Source: Octopus vulgaris (lineage: Eukaryota). Taken from it: 64,000 nt of DNA. Below, piece by piece: positions 1-14,009 of the stretch. Location: contig OX597825.1 of NCBI GenBank assembly GCA_951406725.2, positions 74,834,001-74,898,000 on the forward strand. Direction: 5' to 3'. The notes beneath the pieces were generated by a model. It ran no database searches, was not told the DNA's origin, and saw only the letters and a program-made list of their open reading frames with translations. A program made the position numbers and the translations under genes. The number at the start of each line of letters is the position of its first letter. The stretch's first letter is position 1.

Positions 1-413
1 CCTTAACAGTTCGGCAAAAGAGACTGATAGGATAATAACCAGGCTTTAAAATAAAATAGGTACCGGGATCGATTCGATCATGTAGTGTCATGGGCAAAAA
101 AATTTGTTAACTTTTTGCCTAGGGCGAGCCCACAGCAATATCATATCTTCTCCACTATTTCAGTATTACGTGTCAAAAGTGAAACAAAAACATCTCTATA
201 TTGTAATATCAGATGCTTTCACTTTAATACTTTCACTTTAATACTGAAACTATTAAAGTGAAACTATTATATAACAGGGATGAACTGTAACTGGACATCC
301 ATTATGCTAGAAGATCCGCTATGGTCTTATATGCTACACCACTGGTTTTAAATTCATATTAATCAAATTAATATTCAATCTTTCACCGTTATTATTTTAA
401 ATTTAAATTTACA

Positions 414-415
414 TG

Positions 416-486
<71 letters not shown>

Positions 487-488
487 AT

Positions 489-586
<98 letters not shown>

Positions 587-597
587 GGATAGAAAGA
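414..597. repeat. Compound microsatellite (TA)n/(TAGA)n
   Basis: Read directly; source of the IY/LSIY low-complexity ORFs 392..724 and 409..639. Confidence 0.97.
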
Positions 598-615
598 TAC
601 AGATACAGATATATA

Positions 616-1050
616 CCAGGCTGAGTAAAAGGTAAACAACGTTTTGAAACATGAAATTCACCACAATATATTTCAACAATGCGGAAATTTTATTCATCAA
701 AGTAAGTACCATTACAATCAACACATTTTTGCCAACGAGTTACAAGCTTGTTTATTCCGGTAACATAAAAATCTGGAGTTCTGGAGCTGATGAACTCTTT
801 GAACACACTTTCAGCATTGGTTTGAATTTTGAACTCCTCTCTCAGGAAACCATCAAGGTGCTTGAGAAAGTGGTAGTCGGTAAGAGAAAAGACTGGGGAA
901 TAGGCTGGGTGGGAAGAACTTCGTAGCCAAATTCCCTTAACTCCTGGAGCATCGTTAGTGAAACGTGTGGTCGAGCATTGTCGTGGAGAATGTTTGGCCC
1001 TCTTCTGTTGACTAGTCTGGGGCGGAGGAGTAGCAGATTTTCGTTCATTC
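616..1050 (-). mobile_element. Mariner (Tc1/mariner) transposase C-terminal relic, frameshifted
   Basis: Minus-strand frames give RPRLVNRRGPNILHDNARPHVS (second catalytic D motif) and, in another frame, HPAYSPVFSLTDYHFLKHL...GINKLVTRWQKCVDCNGTYFDE* (YSPDLAPxD-type motif and the typical mariner C-terminus, stop at 690). TA at 614-615 next to a likely terminal repeat. Confidence 0.9.
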
Positions 1051-1166
1051 TGGCAAAAAAGGGAGAGATATATACATACCGGTTTACTACCTCCCATTTT
1101 GAAGGGTATGCGTTTGCAATCCAAGAACAGGAAATAAACAAATACCTACTGTATGTACATCGGATT

Positions 1167-1216
<50 letters not shown>

Positions 1217-1260
1217 TATATTATATATATATATATATATAAGTATATACACACATTTGT

Positions 1261-1563
1261 GAAGGCACATGGCTCAGTGGTTAGAGCGTTGAGCTTACGA
1301 TCGTGAGGTTGTGAGTTCGTTCCCTGACCGGTCTGCGTGTTGTGTTCTTGAGCAAGACACTTTATTTCACGTTCCCCAGTTAATTCAGCTGTAGAAATGG
1401 TGCCAAGCTGTATCGGCCTTTGCCTTTCCCTTGGATAACATCAGTGGTGTGGAGAGGGGAGGCCGGACTGCTGGTCTTCCATAAACAACCTTGCCTGTAC
1501 TTTGCCTCGGGGGTAACTTTCTAAGAGCAATCCCATGGTCCGTCATGACCTAAGGGGGTCTCC
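1261..1563 (+). mobile_element. tRNA-derived SINE
   Basis: A box TGGCTCAGTGG and B-box-like GAGTTCGTTCC, conserved-core-like TGTGTTCTTGAGCAAGACAC; 3' half shared with the element at 10424-10930. Confidence 0.8.
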
Positions 1564-1778
1564 AAAAAACATGCATATATATGTATAAGTTTATATCATG
1601 TACATACATATGTGCGTGTGTATGAATGTGTGTGTGTGAGTGTGTGAGTATATGTATAAGTTTATATTATGTATATATATTTATATATGTATGTATACAC
1701 ACACGCACACACACATAACATGTATGTATATATATATGTACATATATATGAGTGAGTGTGTGCGTGTGTGTGTGTGTA

Positions 1779-1818
<40 letters not shown>

Positions 1819-2142
1819 TACTATTATCTGACACCTTATCAGAAATTAGAATGGTTAGTCTAAATAAAACATATCACCTCGTTGTCCTAAATTTGTTCCA
1901 ACTTAATTCAGCACACACACAACCATTAAACTACGAAATTAGGCTTAATGTATCATTCTGACGCTAATTAAATAAATAATGATTACTTTTCATCAAATCT
2001 GTAATTTTCAATACAATTCCGATTTATCAAGGCTGTTTTTTTTATTCTTTTTATTCATTTATTTGTTTTCTTTGTAATTTTAAATTTTAAAATGATAAAA
2101 CTGTTGTTTACATAAATTGCGAGCTGAGACTAATGGAAACTG

Positions 2143-2695
<553 letters not shown>

Positions 2696-2845
2696 TGAAA
2701 ATCGGAATAAAAATTGAAATTTCAACAACGTTTGCTTTTGGGGTTTCTTGGTTTGTTTGTCTGTTGTTTGGGGAAGTTTTTCTTCAGTTTATTTCAAATC
2801 TTAGATGTTTTCATAATTTTTTTTACCTGAGGTAGAGGAGATCGA

Positions 2846-2917
<72 letters not shown>

Positions 2918-3097
2918 ACGTACATACATACTTACATACATACATACATACAATTAGATCTTCTTGCTTGGTGATTACATTTATAAAAACATCTCAGTTT
3001 TAAGATAATCTGTTGATAAAAACTTCACAAAGAAATTGTTGTAATTTCAATTTTTGTCTCTGCAATATACACGCCACACGAACACACACACACATGC

Positions 3098-3154
<57 letters not shown>

Positions 3155-3296
3155 CACTTGTTCTCCATTAGTCACAGATTTGGTATTTATGTAAACAACA
3201 CAGTTTTATCAATTTTGAGCTTAAAAATACCAAAAAATATCAGAAAAAGTAAAATATCGACAAATCAGAACTCCGACGCATATATAAACATATATA

Positions 3297-3443
<147 letters not shown>

Positions 3444-4178
3444 TATGTACCAAGTGTTTATAGTGAAAGCGTCACAGGATATGAATGAAATTAAATCCGG
3501 AAGTGATTAAAGTGAAATGGTATTTTCCAGCCAAAAGAGTGGTGGGGTTGGCTTTTTTTTCTGACAAGAGAGATATTGTGCGTCTCCGTATATATATATT
3601 ATGTGTGTATCAAAAAGTAAATGGAGTTTAAGTGCTAGAGTATGTTCTGTTTTTCTCTGTATGTTCATCTAGGTAACTGTGTATGGCTGTGTAAGGCAAT
3701 GGATTGGCATGTTCTGTGTACTAGTGTTTTTTTCGGGTAAAGTGAATGAAACTTAATAGTATGTGTGAGTGAATGTGAGTCCCTATATGTTTATATGTGA
3801 GTGTGTGTGTGTATGTGTGTGTTTGTGTGTGTATGTGTGTGTGTGTATGTGTGTATGTGTGTGTCTTTGTGTGCGTATGTGGAGACGGAGAAGGTTGTGA
3901 AGTTGAAGGTTTGGATAGTAAGCAGCGTTACAAAAGAAAAGCAATGTGATTGGTTATTCTAGTTATGTGAGACGTGTATAGGTGGAACATAAGTTACTGT
4001 TCACTGTGCAAACGTGAGGTACTCGGTTTCTGATATATTCAACATCGCTGATGGAGAGATGCGGGGAGGTGAGGCCATGGGAATTAAATTGACAATGTAC
4101 AAACAAAAATTATCTGAAGTTATTACGTTGGGCATCTAAAAAGTACTAATATAATCTGCCTATCTTCCACCAGTTTCT

Positions 4179-4570
4179 TATTTCCTTATTGCCCACAAGG
4201 GGCTAAACATAAAGGGGACAAACAAGGACAAAGGGATTGAGTCAATTACATCGACTCCAGTGTGTAAGTGGTACTTAATTTATTGATCCCGAAAGGATGA
4301 AAGGCAAAGTCGACCTCGGAACGTAACGACAGACGAAATACCTATTTCTTTACTACCCACAAGGGGCTAAACATAGAGGGGATAAACAAGGACAGACAAA
4401 GGTATTAAGTCGATTATATCGACCACAGTGCGTAACTGGTACTTAATTTATCGACCCCGAAAGGATGAAAGGCAAAGTCGACCTCGGCAGAGTTTGAACT
4501 CAGAACGTAGCGGCAGACGAAATACCGCTAAGCATTTCGCCCGGCGTGCTAATGTTTCCGCCAGCTCGCC
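4179..4570 (-). mobile_element. tRNA-derived SINE, family A (Nin/Deu-domain-like), with duplicated 3' part
   Basis: Reverse complement of GGCGAGCTGGC...GAGTTCAAA...GCCTTTCATCCTTTCGGGGTCGATAAATTAAGTACCAG; flanking direct repeat ACCAGTTTCT at 4169 and 4571. Confidence 0.88.
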
Positions 4571-4940
4571 ACCAGTTTCTATAATATACAAGCCACAAAA
4601 CCAATCTTTAATTCAGTAATTAACTTGCTTGAAGGCATTGGAAAAACGGTTAGGGGCGTGGAATAAGTTAGGTCAACATTATTTAGGTGAGAGTACCAGT
4701 TTTGCAGCGGGAGCAAATGTAACAGAAAGATCTAAATTGTTTAGTGAAGGAAGAAAAGCTTTGAACCAGAAAGTCACGGAAATCGCTCTAGTGTCTGAAA
4801 GAATAGAAAAGGTGTCCTGGGAAGACATGAGAATTACATGAGAGATAAAATGGGAGTACCACAGAATGTGTATTTGAGTGGATAATGAGGCATGGTGTAA
4901 AGTGTGGGGAAATGAAAGGCAGTTGCTGGTAGGGTGAATA

Positions 4941-5172
4941 AGGCGGCGAGCTGGCAGAATCGTTAGCACGCTGAGCCTAACGCTTAGCGGTATTTCGCCT
5001 GTCGCTACGTTCTGAGTTCAAATTCCGCAGAGGTCGACTTTGCCTTTCATCCTTTCGAGGTCGATAAATTAAGTACCAGTTACGCACTGGGGTCGATGTA
5101 ATCGACTTAATACCTATGTCCGTCCTTGTTTGTCCCCTCTGTGTTTAGCCCCTTGTGAGTAGTAAAGAAACA
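4941..5172 (+). mobile_element. SINE family A, full length
   Basis: Same consensus; 13-bp TSD GGTAGGGTGAATA at 4928-4940 and 5173-5185. Confidence 0.92.
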
Positions 5173-5960
5173 GGTAGGGTGAATATGGGACATGCTGACG
5201 AAGATGCAGTCCAAAGAGGGGGAACAAAGCCAGGCGTCAGCGGCTGTTTGAGTGCAACTAGATCGTGTAATATAGCGTGTAATATATAAAGAAGAATGAC
5301 AACATCAACAAGAGGTTATGTTGTATATAACAAAATATAACTAGTTTTGACAATAGGTTAACATCTCCTTTATGACCCGGTATTATTTTCCGTTAAGATA
5401 ACAAAAGGTTAAGTTTGTTTCTATTATAGAAATAACATGATGTCCATCGTAATGGGAAACAACCAATCATATTTTTCATTTCCTCGGTGTCATAAAATAG
5501 GTTTTGATGTAAGGAAATGAAACGATGATATACGCTTGAAAAAATATATATGTATATATGATCAGATAACAAAATTTGTAAAATACAACAAACTCGTACG
5601 TCATTTAAAAACGTGGCTCTTAACATTCCAAGCGAAAGCAAAAAAAAAATTATTATTACAAAAGTGAAAAACGGAAACTGGAATCCAAGTAAAGCCGTGA
5701 GGGGTTTTGTTGGCAAAAGAAAACAGTTAATAAAATTTCCAACATAAAATAAATTCTGATGTTTATCGCCAGGATAACTGGAATTTTCTTTTTTTTCCTT
5801 TTGTTGCTTGTCTAATAGTTGTTTACTATCGAAATGTTGTCATCTCCAACCGAGGCTCGTTTGCTTGAATGACATTTAAGAACACCTTTCTACTCTTCAA
5901 AGTATTTTATGCTTGTTAAGTGGTCCCTCTAAAAATGAACATTTATTTATTTTAATACTG

Positions 5961-6017
<57 letters not shown>

Positions 6018-6232
6018 TATTGGAAATAGTTTTTAAAAAAGTTTTTTTTTAGCTGCTATTTCTAATGAGTTCAGTATGCGGCAAAGTAATTTATTTTACT
6101 AAGCCCTTTTATATAATGTAATAATTTGAATTCGCCTTAAATGGTCCCTTTGCATACTGAATACTTGGTGAAATTAATTAATTAATTAATTTTACCCTCA
6201 ATTGTTGAAATTATATATATATATATATATAT

Positions 6233-6439
6233 AGGGAGAGTTTACGAAAAAACAAAAGACGAAGACAGGTGGTGTACAAAATAAACAGATGTATTAGTAT
6301 AACGCTCAGGAATAGAAAAAGTCTTTTACGTTTCGAGCCTACGCTCTTCTACAGTAAGGGACACAGAAAAAAAAACAAGGAGAGAAACAAGGAGAGAAAA
6401 AATGTGGCTAACGATCTATCATGGCGCTGACTCGGACAG

Positions 6440-6440
<1 letters not shown>
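6233..6440 (-). mobile_element. Penelope-like terminal fragment inside (TA)n, with hammerhead-like motif at 6323-6358
   Basis: Homologous to 39293-39505; minus strand CTTA-CTGTAGA-A-GAGC(GTAG)GCTC-GAAA-CG-TA-AAAG. Confidence 0.55.
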
Positions 6441-6475
<35 letters not shown>

Positions 6476-6681
6476 TAGTACCTCGGTTTTCGAATAACTC
6501 TAATCACAAATAAATCGTGCTTTGTTCTGAGTTCAAGTACCACCGAGATCGACTTTGCGTTTCATCCTTTCGGTGTCGATAAATTAAGTACTAGCTGCGT
6601 ACTGGGTCGATCTAATCGACTGGCCCCTTCCCCCGAAATTTCGGGCCTTTTGCCTAGAGTAGAAAAGAATAAATCGTGCTT

Positions 6682-6716
<35 letters not shown>

Positions 6717-8196
6717 AGAGAGAGAGAGTGAGAGAGAGAGAGAGAGAGAGAGATTATGAGAGATAATAGTGTCATTGAGACCCAAAGGTGTCAGGTAATG
6801 CTGAATAAGTGCTATAGACAGACCATAGTTAAGTTCCAGGTTCGGTGATTATGCGAATAAGGGGTTCAACGTTGGTCATATGTCAGCATGTGTATATAAA
6901 AAATTTTTTTCGTAATGAGATAAAAAATTTTTTTCAATACGAAAAAAAAAAAATTAAATATTATATTAATGTATGTATGTATGTATGTATGTATGTATGT
7001 ATGTATGTATGTATGTATGTATGTATGCACGTATATGTATGTATATAAGGCACGGTTTATTCAGTTTGTACGTCTTAAGTTCGTAACTGCTGCTGGTTAT
7101 TCACCAAGTAATTTAGACGATACACGTGATTTTATTCGCCTTGGTTCTATGACTGATGCAATGGGTGAGCACTAGTTACGTAATTATTTAGATTATTATT
7201 TTAGATAAGTCACCGTCCTATCCAGTATAAGAAAAATCTCCCGTCTGCAAAACCCCAAGAAACCAAACTCTATCTGGGAGTTTACAAGAGGCGTCCTCGT
7301 AAACGTACCTAGTGTCAAAGGAAACACTTTCAACATAACATTTAATGGAAGGCGGCGGGCTGGCAGAATCGTTAGAACGCCAAGCAAAATGCTTAGCGGC
7401 ATTTCGTCTGTCATTACGTTCTAAGTTCAAATTCTGACGAGATTGACTTTGCCTTTAACCCTTTCGGGGTCGATTAATCAAGAAAAATCGTAAAAAATAG
7501 GGATTTTCATAGAAAAAAAAGAACCTTTTTGATATAAATAAATTTTGGTGTTAACATGGTCCGATTTGAATTTTTTCTCCCGAAGTTTCTGGCTCCGTGC
7601 CAAAATTTGAAATCAATATTACATTAAATGGAATGCGGTGAGCAAGCAGTCCGTCTTTACGTTCTGAGTTCAGATTCTGCCGAGGTCGACTTTGCTTTTC
7701 ATCTTTTCAGGGTCAATAAGATAAATACCAGTTGAACTCTGGTTAACAAGGCTTAGAATCATAGCGTTCCAGCTATGACTACCCAATCTTATTTTCAGAA
7801 AACATTCCGAGTATTGTATTAATCTAATATGTCCTTAGTTTTTGAAGATGGTAGAAAGTATGGTTTGAGAGAAATTTGACTGATGTTTGTGGCGGGTCGA
7901 GCGACCATGTAGAAGCTCCGATTACAGCCCTTCTTTATATTCTAAATTTCAGTATTACCATGATCAACGTTGCCTTTCATCCCCACCCCGCCCCACCCCA
8001 CTTCCGCAAGATCAATAAAATAAAGTACCAATCAAGTACTGGACTCGATTGAATCCTTTATATCAGTAGTTCCCGAGCTATTCTTTCCTCTGCACCCCTA
8101 GGAAATGTTCGATTAATTTTCGCATCCCCTATGAAAATAATACCACATTGGAAGAGAAGAAGTTAATATTCAAATAATTTACTTAATTATAACACA

Positions 8197-8585
8197 CTAG
8201 CAGTATCGCCCGGCGTTGCTCAGGTTTGTTTTCTTTTCGACCCTTTAGAATTGGAATTTTTGAAAAGTAAAAATTTTGCTTTATGTAGCTTGTTATTCTC
8301 TTTAAGTGAACATTTTTCTGGTTGAAATACACCGAAAAATGGTGACACAGCAGTCAAAAAATCGTAAAAAATAGGGATTTTCATAGAAAAAAAAGCATCT
8401 TTTTGATGTAAATAAATTTTGGTGTTAACATGGTCCGATTTGAATTTTTTCTTCTATGGAAGGAAGAGCAAGCCTTCTTCTATCATACTCTCAATTTTGC
8501 TCAACTTGCGCCGCAGGGTCTCGAAGGAGATAGTGTTAGTTGAAGACTACCAAACCTGCCATACACAGCTTTATATAGAGAGAGA
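8197..8585 (-). mobile_element. Non-autonomous Helitron-like element
   Basis: Minus strand begins TC(TC)TATAT.. and ends with GC-rich hairpin CCTGAGCAACGCCGGG then CTAG|T. Confidence 0.7.
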
Positions 8586-9284
8586 CTTATTTTTTAAAAG
8601 TTGGACCGGACACATACTTTTCTGAATGAACAAACTTATCTCAAAACGTGCCAAAATTTGAAATCAATATTACATTAAATGGAATGCAGTGAGCAGGCAG
8701 AATCTTTACCGCACCGGGCAAAATGCTTGGCAGTACTTCGTCTGTCTTCAAGTTCTGAGTTCAGATTCTGACGAGGTCGACTTCGCTTTTCATCTTTTCA
8801 GGGTCAATAAGATAAATACCAGTTGAGCACTGGTTAACAAGGCTTAGAATCATAGCGTTCCAGCTATGACTACCCAATCTTATTTTCAGAAAACATTCCG
8901 AGTATTGTATTAATCTAATATGTCCTTAGTTTTTGAAGATGGTAGAAAGTATGGTTTGAGAGAAATTTGACTGCTGTTTGTGGCGGGTCGAGCGACCATG
9001 TAGAAGCTCCGATTACAACCCTTTTTTATATTCTAAATTTCAGTATTACCGTGATCAAAGTTGCCTTTCATCCCCACCCCCCATCCCACTTCCGCAAGAT
9101 CAATAAAATAAAGTACCAATCAAGTACTGGACTCGATTGAATCCTTTATATCAGTAGTTCCCGATCTATTCTTTCCTCTGCACCCCTAGGAAATGTTCGA
9201 TTAATTTTCGCATCCCCTATGAAAATAATACCACATTGGAAGAGAAGAAGTTAATATTCAAATAATTTACTTAATTATAACACA

Positions 9285-9679
9285 CAAGCAGTATCGCCCG
9301 GCGTTACTCGGGTTTGTTTCGACCCTTTAGAATTAGAATTTTTGAAAAGCAAAAGTTTTGCATTATGTTGCTTGTTATACTCTTTAAGTGAACATTTTTC
9401 TGGTTGAAATACACCGAAAAATGGTGACACAGCAGTCAAAAAATCGTAAAAAATAGGGATTTTCATAGAAAAAAAAAAGAGCCTTTTTGATGTAAATATA
9501 TTTTGGTGTCAACATGGTCCGATTTGAATTTTTTCTCCTACGAAAGGAAGAGCAAGCCTTCTTCTATCATACTCTCAATTTTGGTCAACTTGCGCCGCGG
9601 ACTCTCGGAGGAGATAGTGTTAGTTGAAGACTACCAAACCTGCTACACACAGACAACTTCAGCTTTATATATAGAGAGA
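9285..9679 (-). mobile_element. Non-autonomous Helitron-like element (copy 2)
   Basis: A|TC start, hairpin CCCGAGTAACGCCGGG, terminal CTAG mutated to CTTG. Confidence 0.68.
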
Positions 9680-10118
9680 TTTATTTTTTAAAAGTTGGAC
9701 CAGATACATACTTCTCTGAATGAACAAACTTATCTCAAAAAGTAAGTTTTTGACTCAGTGTATGTAGATTGAACAATTTGAAAAAAAGACTATAAACAAA
9801 GAAATCGATCACATTTTTAAACGACTTCTTGTGTTTCTGTCTCTTATTCCCGATTTTATTAAGACGTAAAACCTTCTGACCTGCAAGACTACCTCTAGAT
9901 TCGATCAGGTTCAAACACGTATGTCGTTGCATATGGGATATCGACACAGTTCTTGGTTACAATTTCTTAAGCGATACAGCTACATCAGTTGAATGATAAA
10001 TTTCTTGGTATCCTTCGTAGAATATTTTTTTTTAAAGAGTTAACTAATAATTTTATCAAACATTTCCAACAAATTTTGGAGATGTATTCTCCAGGCAAAT
10101 AACTTGACCTGAGACTGT

Positions 10119-10280
10119 GTGTTGAAACTAAAACGATTGCAGCGTGGAAGACATATATTTGCCGTTCAAAAACACACAAAGACTGTCAACTTCACAATGT
10201 TTAAGTGAAGTTAACAGTCTTCGTGTGTTTTTGAACGGCTAATATGTGTGTTCCACGCTGTAATTGGTTTAATTCGAATA
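10119..10280. repeat. Imperfect fold-back palindrome (about 75-bp arms, 9-nt loop)
   Basis: GCAGCGTGGAA..GCCGTTCAAAAACACAC..GACTGTCAACTTCAC / GTGAAGTTAACAGTC..GTGTGTTTTTGAACGGC..TTCCACGCTGT. Confidence 0.9.
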
Positions 10281-10423
10281 AAGTATATGTTTTTCCCCTC
10301 CGTCACATCATCATGAAAGGTCATCCCCCACCATCAGGTGGTCCAGACACCCCAGCTTTAGGAACTGCTGCGTTATATAGTCCTTTACTAGTTATAGAAA
10401 TAGGGGTATGTTAGTGTCTCAAG

Positions 10424-10930
10424 GTGGAGGCGCAATGGCCCAGCGGTTAGGGCAGCGGACTCGAGATCGTAGGATCGCGGTTTCGATTTCCAGACCGGGC
10501 ATTGTGGGTGTTTATTGAACAAAAACACCTAAAGCTTCACGAGGCTCCAGCAGGGGGGGGCGAACCCTGCTGTACTCTTTCACCACAACTTTCTCTCACT
10601 CTTTCTTCTTGTTTCGTTGTACCTGTATTTCAAAGGGCCAGCCTTGTCAGACTCTGTATCACGCTGAATCTCTCCGAGAACTACATTAAGGGTACACGTG
10701 TCTGTGGAATGCTCAGCCACTTGCACGTTAATAAATGAGCTGCGATGTCACTGGTGCCAAGCTGTATCGGCCCCTTTGCCTTTCCCTTGGATAACATCGA
10801 TGGCGTGGAGAGAGGAGGCTGGTATGCATGGGCGTCTGCTGGTCTTCCAGAAACAACCTTGCCCCGACTTGTGCCTCGGAGGGTAACTTTCTAGGTGCAA
10901 TCCCATGGTCATTCATGACCGAAGGGGGTC
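10424..10930 (+). mobile_element. tRNA-derived SINE, family C head with alternative 3' body
   Basis: Head GGAGGCGCAATGGCCCAGCGGTTAGGGCAGCGGACTCG..GGTTTCGATTTCC shared with 14010-14378 and 30969; tail shared with 1261-1563. Confidence 0.85.
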
Positions 10931-12089
10931 ACAACACTACAAAAATGTCCATGAGAGTGACATTGGGAATGAAAGGGGTATTCGATACCATTGTAGAGAA
11001 ATACCGTCCCCCACCACCACCACAAGGCTACCGCCATTTATCTGGATCACAGGGGGGTATATTCCGGGTGTATATTCCGCTGCACACCCATCGAAAATGG
11101 CAAGTTCATTATAAATATTAACCTTGCTCGTTAATTTAATCACAAATCTTAATGAGAAACTTTTGTTATACCCCTGCTTGAAATTTGCTGGCACTCGATG
11201 TGGTAGCACACCCAATATAACAACCAGCATACGCCACTGCGGACCAGTCCTCCCTCACACAAATCGAGTGGCCTTGTTCTGGTGGCAGAAATCGTTATTA
11301 AATTAAATGTCCGACATAACTACTTTCGTTATAACAAAATTCTGAAACACCTTATAAATGTGAGGTTTAAAAAGATATTATTAATGTCTAGGAAAAATGT
11401 AAGAAATAAAATTCATTGAATTATTTTTATGAGAAGACCTTATAACATCATCATATACGAAACTTTCAGGCTTGTATTGCTTTCATAGGAAAAAGGAAAA
11501 CAAATTCTAAGAAACGGAAATTACCAGTAATTTTGCTTCGCTAAAATCTTTCTAAAAACCTATATATATTTTACATTAAGAATGTTTGAAGTTTGAATGG
11601 TATACATTTGATAAACAGAAAAAATACTAGAATAAAAATAATTTGAATAAAAGCATAATATTCTTACTTAAGTTTCCAAAGAAACAGATAGACATATAAA
11701 GAAGCATAGAATTAGTTTTGAAATTCTTAGTCTTTTACATTTCATGCGATAAAAGAAAGAGAGGAAAAAATTAACAAGTTTCTATGTTTAAATAAAGAAG
11801 TAGAACGTTTCTCTCTCTGTATTTTGGAAGATCGTTAAACTGATAAAGAAAATTATATTTTATTATATTTTTTTTTTGTCTGTTTTTGGAATCGTAGCTC
11901 TCTTTTCTTATTTATTATTTTATTTCATTATATTTTGTTTATTTATCTTATTTTTCTTATTTATTTGCAGTGTTGGATAACGATCGAGACAGCAAGCCAC
12001 GTTTTTGGAAGGTGTGAAGAAAATGAAACTGAAAGCAAATCAATGTGTATGTGCACACACGCACACACACACACACACACATACACATA

Positions 12090-12174
<85 letters not shown>

Positions 12175-12463
12175 GTATATAGACACACGTGTGTGTGAGG
12201 GAATGAAGAAGTTACATAGCAACGTGGACAAGTGTGAGCATTATTATGAATCCGTTACATATTTTTTTTGTTGTTGTTGCTGTTTATGTGTTTGTTATTA
12301 TTTTTATTGTTTTCGTCTTATTTGGTTTTTTTTTTTTTTTTTGCATTCTTGTGTCCTTTGTAATCCGAAGAACAACTACAAGAAAGTCTTGTGGCAAATA
12401 AGGTAACATAACGCAGACATAAAAAAGGGAAGAAGAAAGGTATTTCATGGTTCACTATGAATG

Positions 12464-12498
<35 letters not shown>

Positions 12499-12853
12499 CC
12501 AACAGCAATACCAACAACATTACTAATACAATAATAATGTACTCAATCCCCCCTTTCACTACCTTTCCCCAAAAGCAAAAAAAAAAGGACAGGCCTGTTA
12601 TGGAAATAGCGAGAGCTAAGATCTAAAAATTCAGTATTGATAATCAGAAAAGGGGAAGCTGTGAACATAACGGCTATTTGTATTTGTTGACTTTTAGTTC
12701 GTGAGTGGCTCAGATATTTGGGAAAGGGGTTTGGAACCTAAAGCACACACACACACACACACACACATTCAATCTCCCCCCTCTTACTTACTTGCTCGCT
12801 GTTTCCTCTTCTGTAAATCTATTCGTCAGCCAGTAACGGAGAGCGAAGAGGGG

Positions 12854-12950
12854 TGACTCAAAAGAAGAAAAAAAAGGCGGAGGTTTGTTTTGTTAACATA
12901 CAAGCAACTATGACCCCATATAAAAGTAAGGTTGTCCATTCAGCTGACAA
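12854..12950 (+). promoter_or_regulatory. Putative core promoter of the chitin-binding gene (AP-1-like site, TATA box)
   Basis: TGACTCA at 12854-12860 and TATAAAA at 12919-12925, about 75 nt upstream of the ATG at 13000. Confidence 0.55.
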
Positions 12951-12999
12951 CAGATGCACGTTGTCTCTCTCTCGGACCAACAACAAGCTTTTCTCAACG

Positions 13000-13042
13000 A
13001 TGCATTCAAATATTTTGCATCAACTTTTTGTGCTGACCACCG
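13000..13042 (+). CDS. Exon 1 of chitin-binding mucin-like gene (start of signal peptide)
   Basis: MHSNILHQLFVLTT-G ending in a phase-1 consensus donor G|GTAAGT; joins in phase with the exon at 32085 to give MHSNILHQLFVLTTGFLHVTA/FVCPP, a plausible signal peptide. Linkage over 19 kb is inferred. Confidence 0.65.
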
Positions 13043-14009
13043 GTAAGTTTACATGAATTTTATTAGCAATCTTTAACCCCAACAATTACAGCAACAACAA
13101 CATGTTTTGCTTATTTTACATTCAAGTGGGGTTGCGCCTGTTTTTCGTCACCTTTTTTTTTTTTCTTTTTAACCTTAAATTCCTTCCATTTTCGTCTCTG
13201 AGATTTGTTATCATGAATCATTTGCGGATTATTCCAGCATCAAATCCAGAAATTAAGCCATTCATCGAAGAATATATTTTCCTATTAGAGACTCTGCCTG
13301 AAGTCTTCTGTATTCCGTTTCCTCAAAAGTTTGGTCGTAAATAGCAATAGCTGTGTGATTGGTTAAGAAGATCGTTTTGCAGCTACGACATTTTCGGTTC
13401 AATCCCATTGCATGGCAACATGAGAAAGTGCTGTTATTATTATTTTTTTTCTACTGTTTTTCAACGACCAAATGGTCAACAGAAACTGAGAAAGTTCGTC
13501 GAAGAGGAACGATATTGTGCTGGAGTGTAGGCTTTTATCGGAGTCCATTTTAATACAAGTATTTGAGCTAGGTCTCTCGTCTAAAATAAACTCTTCCATT
13601 CCGACTGCCAATCCTAGAGGCCTTGAAGGGAGTTCATAGGTGCTGCGTTTCATCCTTTGACTAAATGAATGAAAATATAAAGCTAACAGACGTACATTAT
13701 CATTTTTCCCAACGAAGTTTGGTTTAAGTATTCGTGGTTCCTGATTCCTGTATACCGTCTCGTGTATATGTCTTGTACTAAAGCCTCATAAGTGAATTTT
13801 GTAGACAGAAACTATCTCCCAAATTCGCTTATAAGGGGTGTATATAGAATGTATTATACCAGTATCTCTTTTTTTTTTTAAACAGCCCGGTGTAAATTAC
13901 TCAAGCAAATCTCAAGTAAATTACATTGAGATCTAGCTGTTGTTTCTAATAGATCAAGCAACCAAGTCAGTTTCCCCGCGTTGTCTTGGTCGTTATTGCA
14001 GCTGCTGCT

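Larger units (their letters stand above)
7597..9740 (+). repeat. Tandem duplication of about 1.05-1.1 kb (7597-8647 and 8648-9740)
   Basis: Both units start GTGCCAAAATTTGAAATCAATATTACATTAAATGG and end TGAACAAACTTATCTCAAAA with collinear content; a partial third piece lies at about 7480-7580. Confidence 0.93.

Noticed and set aside
3620-4080. Possible Penelope N-terminal relic (TRITNHIAFL..RCL on minus strand)
   Set aside because: Single short motif interrupted by a frameshift; too weak to call without a search.
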